This document shows, one piece after another, positions 60,433-64,000 of a stretch of 64,000 nucleotides of DNA. A program made the position numbers and the translations under genes. The number at the start of each line of letters is the position of its first letter. The first letter of the stretch is position 1. Source of the DNA: Candidatus Woesebacteria bacterium GW2011_GWF1_31_35 (lineage in GTDB: Bacteria > Patescibacteriota > Microgenomatia > UBA8517); contig CP011214.1 of the NCBI GenBank assembly GCA_001029755.1, positions 273,564 through 337,563 on the forward strand, in the 5' to 3' direction. A model generated the notes under the pieces. The model had not been told where the DNA came from and ran no database searches. It saw nothing but the letters and a program-made list of their open reading frames with translations.

Positions 60433-60692
60433 TTGCGGAGCTGGGAGTTGAACCCAGCCTGCGAGATTATGCTGTTCTGTAATCTCCAATTACTTGGAGT
60501 GCCGGACTATATCTTCATCCTATTTTTAGGAGCTCGGCGTGTAGTCTCTAGGGGGTCATTTTTAGACTTCCCTCGGGATTGACCTTTTAAAAAAAAGGCG
60601 TTCCCCGATATAGCCAAGTTTCACTTTTAACATTACTATTAAAGTGGCCCAATTTTAGTTAAGCCTCGCGTGCAGCCGTACACTACCCCGCA
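60433..60692 (-). tRNA. tRNA-Met(CAT), initiator-like, interrupted by a group I intron
   Basis: Exon 1 60692-60662 (TGCGGGGTAG...CGAGGCT) and exon 2 60471-60433 (CATAATCTCG...GGTTCAACTCC...CCGCAA) join into a cloverleaf. Confidence 0.85.
60472..60661 (-). ncRNA. Group I intron (190 nt, no ORF)
   Basis: P7 elements AGAGACTA and AAGATATAGTCC; P1 GGCU/GGCC with G-U pair; terminal G. Confidence 0.88.
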
Positions 60693-60749
60693 TATAAAAA
60701 CGTTGTTATTATAACATATGAGTTAATAATTTGGTAAAATACCAAGTAC

Positions 60750-60823
60750 GGCAGGGTAGCTCAGTTGGTTAGAGCACTGGATTCATATCCCAGAGGTCGT
60801 GGGTTCGATCCCCACCCCTGCTA
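60750..60823 (+). tRNA. tRNA-Met(CAT), probably elongator
   Basis: GGCAGGG acceptor, TAGCTCAGTTGGTTAGAGC D arm, TTCATAT loop, GGTTCGAT. Confidence 0.85.
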
Positions 60824-60832
60824 CTTAATTAG

Positions 60833-60858
60833 ATCCGCCACAATTTGGCGGATTTTTT
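60833..60858 (+). terminator. Rho-independent terminator
   Basis: ATCCGCCA-CAATT-TGGCGGAT followed by a T run. Confidence 0.8.
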
Positions 60859-60873
60859 GTTAGAATAGAAGAT

Positions 60874-61854
60874 ATGAAAAGAGTTTTGTCAGGAATTAGA
60901 GCAACAGGCAGGCTTCATTTGGGAAATTACCTTGGGGCGGTTCTTGGTATGCTTGAATTACAAGAAAGAAATGATCTTGAAACTTTATATATGGTTGCTG
61001 ATCTACATACTTTAACAACACCATATGACAAAAATGAATTAAAAAACAATGTTAGAAATGTAGTTTTAGATTATTTAGCAGCAGGTTTGGATCCTTTAAA
61101 ATCAACTATTTTTATACAGTCACAGGTTCCAGAACACACAGAACTATTTTATTTATTTTCAACTGTTGTGTCTTTAGCTCGCATGATGCACCTTCCAACA
61201 TATAAAGATAAATTAAAACAGTATCCAAATGCTTCAACTGTTGCTCTTCTTAATTATCCTGTATTAATGGCTGCTGATATTTTAATTTATAAAGCAAGTT
61301 TAGTTCCTGTAGGGATTGATCAAGAACCTCACCTAGAAGTTTCAAGGGAAATTGCCAGGAAAATGAATGAAATTTATAAAACAGATTTTCCAGAACCAAT
61401 TAGATTTGCAACAAAAGGAGAATATGTACCATCTTTAACAGGGGAGGGGAAAATGAGCAAGTCAGTCGAAGGAAGTTATATAAATTTAACAGATGATTTA
61501 GAAACTATTAAGAAAAGATTGGCAGGAGCACCAACAGATTCTGGAGTAGGTAAAAAGATTCCAGAAACTGGAGGAGTAGCTAATTTACTTAAATTTGTTG
61601 AGTTATTTGAGGATATAGAAAAACGCAAAAAATACGAATTAAGTTATCTTAGTGATGGAATTAAATACTCAGAACTTAAAGAAGAATTAGCAGATGCAAT
61701 TTATAAAAAATTACTACCAATTCAAGAAAAAAGAAAACAATTTGAAGAAGATCCGAGAGAAGTAGATGGAATAATTAAAGAAGGTGCAGAAAAAGCAAGA
61801 AAAATTGCAGGTGATACATTAAAAGAAATAAAAGAAAAGATGGGATTGTTATGA
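60874..61854 (+). CDS. trpS: Tryptophan--tRNA ligase
   Basis: HLGN, YPVLMAADIL, VPVGIDQ, KMSKS. Confidence 0.96.
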   Translation: MKRVLSGIRATGRLHLGNYLGAVLGMLELQERNDLETLYMVADLHTLTTPYDKNELKNNVRNVVLDYLAAGLDPLKSTIFIQSQVPEHTELFYLFSTVVSLARMMHLPTYKDKLKQYPNASTVALLNYPVLMAADILIYKASLVPVGIDQEPHLEVSREIARKMNEIYKTDFPEPIRFATKGEYVPSLTGEGKMSKSVEGSYINLTDDLETIKKRLAGAPTDSGVGKKIPETGGVANLLKFVELFEDIEKRKKYELSYLSDGIKYSELKEELADAIYKKLLPIQEKRKQFEEDPREVDGIIKEGAEKARKIAGDTLKEIKEKMGLL

Positions 61855-62198
61855 TAAATTTCGAAGAATTTCAAAATGTTGACATAAGAGTTGGAACTAT
61901 TCTTTCTGCTGAGGTTCCAGAATGGAGTCATTGGGTTATTAGATTAAAAGTTGATTTAGGAGAAGAATTGGGTGAAAAAACTGCATTTTCGGGCATAATG
62001 AAGTTTTATAAGCCAGAAGATTTAATAGGAAAACAATTTCCATTTGTAGTTAATCTTGAACCTAAAAAGATTGGACCTGAAAATGAATTTTCAGAAGTTA
62101 TGATGATAATGGCGACTCCTGGAGAAGACGATAATGAAGTTGCCCCCGTTCTTTTCAAACTTTCTAAAAAAGTACCAAATGGTACAAAAGTAAGATAG
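61851..62198 (+). CDS. tRNA-binding OB-fold protein (CsaA/MetG C-terminal-like)
   Basis: DIRVGTI, VDLG, VVNLEP. Confidence 0.85.
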   Translation: MINFEEFQNVDIRVGTILSAEVPEWSHWVIRLKVDLGEELGEKTAFSGIMKFYKPEDLIGKQFPFVVNLEPKKIGPENEFSEVMMIMATPGEDDNEVAPVLFKLSKKVPNGTKVR

Positions 62199-62217
62199 AA
62201 TGTATAATTTGCAAAGT

Positions 62218-64000
62218 ATGAAACCTTTAGAAAATAATAATATGAAACTTACTGGAAACGGTAAAAAAACTAACAAGAAACAGGTAATGGTTAAACTAAA
62301 AATTAATATCTGGACTGTTGTTTTTGGAATTCTTTTACTATTTTTTTTCCTTCCACCTATTTTTTCCCTTCTTGGCATTGGTTCTCCTGTTAGTACAAAA
62401 ATTGATTTATCAGTTGCTTTAAACGATATAAAAAATGAAAAGGTTGAAAAGGTTGTTATTGAAAAAGATAACATCCTATTGACTTATAAAGATGGAAAAA
62501 ACCTAACAGCAGTTAAAGAAGAGGGGGAAAGTTTTGCAGATTTGCTTCAAAAATCAGAAATTGATCCTACAAAAATAAATTTTTCAATAACAGATCAAAC
62601 TTTAGCTAAAGCTTTAGCTGAAATTTTAGGAATTGTACTTCCAATTATTCTTTTAGGTGGACTATTTCTTTATATGATGAAATCTCAAACTAAAGGTGCA
62701 CAAGATATTTTCTCCTTTGGTAGAAGTAAAGCAAAGATCTTTGCAAAAGGAAAACAAAGTATAACTTTTGCAGATGTTGCAGGAGTTGATGAAGCTAAAA
62801 AAGAATTGGTTGAAGTAGTTGATTTTTTGAAAAATCCTGAAAAATATAGAAAAATTGGAGCAAGAACACCAAAGGGAGTTTTATTATTCGGTCCGAGTGG
62901 TGTGGGAAAATGTGTAATTGGTGATTCATTAGTGTCGACTTCTAAGGGTCTTTTGGAGATTAGAGATATTCCAAAATATTTTTCGGTTGAAGAAAACGGA
63001 TTTGTTCATGGGGCGACGTTGTCTTCGTTTGATTTCTCTAATTCTATCGATACTATTGCAAAGGCGTCACATTGGTACGATTTAGGTATATCAGATACCT
63101 TAAAACTTCAGACTTATATGGGACATGAAATAGAAGGAACACTAGAACATCCGTTGGTATTTATAAATGATCAAGGAAAGTTAGAATTCAAAAGGTTAGA
63201 TCAAGCTAAAGTTGGTGATTGGATACCAGTAAAAACAAACAATCAGATGTTTGGTAATTATAAAGTGTTGGATACAAAAACAAGTTACTTATTGGGTTTA
63301 CTCACTGGTGACGGGGGAATGTCGATTAAGGATAGAATTTATTTTTCGACAGCAGATAAAGAATTATTATTATTTTTTAAAACATATTTTAAAAACAAAT
63401 TTGAATATTCAATCAAGAAAGCTAATAGTAAATATGATTATTATATAAGCTCTTCAAATATTAAGTCCGAAATTACACATTATGGAATGGACGAATCTTA
63501 TTCACGAAATAAAAAAATTCCAGATCAGATAATGTTATCTCCGAAAGAAAATGTAGTTGCCTTTTTACAAGGGTTATTCGATACAGACGGTTCTGTATAT
63601 AAAACTGGAAAAGTAGAATATTCAACGAGCAGTAAAAAACTAGCCAGGCAAGTAAGTGCTTTATTATTAAATTTAGGAGTGATGCATAAATTTAGAGAAA
63701 AAGGCGATAATCAATATTCGAGTTCATATGTTATTTTAATTTCAGGAACCAGTTTAATTAATTTTACTGAACAAATTGGTTTTAGATTGAAAAGAAAGCA
63801 AGATAAATTGGATTTATATCTTTCAAAAATTAAATTAAGGACGAATGTTGATTTATTTCCATTACAGGGACCTCGAATTAAAAAAATATGGAGGTATTTA
63901 GTTGAGAATGGTAAAAAACCGTCTAAGTTTGTTGACGAAAACTTTCATAAACAGATTTGTAGATACGCTGATAATGGTCGAAGACCATCTAGAGAAAGTT
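62218..64000 (+). CDS. ftsH: ATP-dependent metalloprotease FtsH with intein (partial, not in ORF track)
   Basis: Two TMs, FSFGRSKAK, TFADVAGVDEAKKELVEVVDFLKNP, PKGVLLFGPSGVGK; runs off the window. Confidence 0.93.
   Translation, partial: MKPLENNNMKLTGNGKKTNKKQVMVKLKINIWTVVFGILLLFFFLPPIFSLLGIGSPVSTKIDLSVALNDIKNEKVEKVVIEKDNILLTYKDGKNLTAVKEEGESFADLLQKSEIDPTKINFSITDQTLAKALAEILGIVLPIILLGGLFLYMMKSQTKGAQDIFSFGRSKAKIFAKGKQSITFADVAGVDEAKKELVEVVDFLKNPEKYRKIGARTPKGVLLFGPSGVGKCVIGDSLVSTSKGLLEIRDIPKYFSVEENGFVHGATLSSFDFSNSIDTIAKASHWYDLGISDTLKLQTYMGHEIEGTLEHPLVFINDQGKLEFKRLDQAKVGDWIPVKTNNQMFGNYKVLDTKTSYLLGLLTGDGGMSIKDRIYFSTADKELLLFFKTYFKNKFEYSIKKANSKYDYYISSSNIKSEITHYGMDESYSRNKKIPDQIMLSPKENVVAFLQGLFDTDGSVYKTGKVEYSTSSKKLARQVSALLLNLGVMHKFREKGDNQYSSSYVILISGTSLINFTEQIGFRLKRKQDKLDLYLSKIKLRTNVDLFPLQGPRIKKIWRYLVENGKKPSKFVDENFHKQICRYADNGRRPSRES
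62911..64000 (+). mobile_element. Intein with LAGLIDADG endonuclease in the FtsH Walker A motif (partial)
   Basis: GK|CVIGDSLV start, block B GTLEHP, LLGLLTGDG and FLQGLFDTDG motifs. Confidence 0.9.

Noticed and set aside
60244-60489. 81-aa minus-strand ORF as an intron-encoded protein
   Set aside because: Runs through the tRNA exon and antisense to the FtsB-like gene; no endonuclease motifs.
63251-63448. 65-aa plus-strand ORF
   Set aside because: Out-of-frame shadow within the FtsH intein.

Overview
An AT-rich chromosomal window whose gene content points to a Patescibacteria/CPR bacterium, most likely Microgenomates. This assignment is inferred, not proven; the genetic code is table 11. 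Protein-coding content: a tandem array of VirB2/TrbC-like pilins, smpB, comF, dnaG-rpoD, a Fic protein, a glycolysis/pentose-phosphate cluster, two class A PBPs, nrdR-nrdJ-pduO, a VirD4/HerA-like ATPase, a Xer-like recombinase, trpS and a partial ftsH. nrdJ and ftsH each carry an intein. RNA content: tmRNA and nine tRNAs, including all four Ser isoacceptors, Arg-GCG, Ile-TAT and a Met tRNA split by a 190-nt group I intron. Two signals stand out. (1) At 24.2-27.2 kb, four single-gene cassettes are stacked behind the tRNA-Asn 3' end. They are separated by repeated att-like junctions, some carrying headless but codon-conserved peptide tails, and no integrase lies nearby. (2) Three divergent free-standing LAGLIDADG-like genes each abut the 5' end of a tRNA. 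All calls come from reading motifs by eye; no searches were run.
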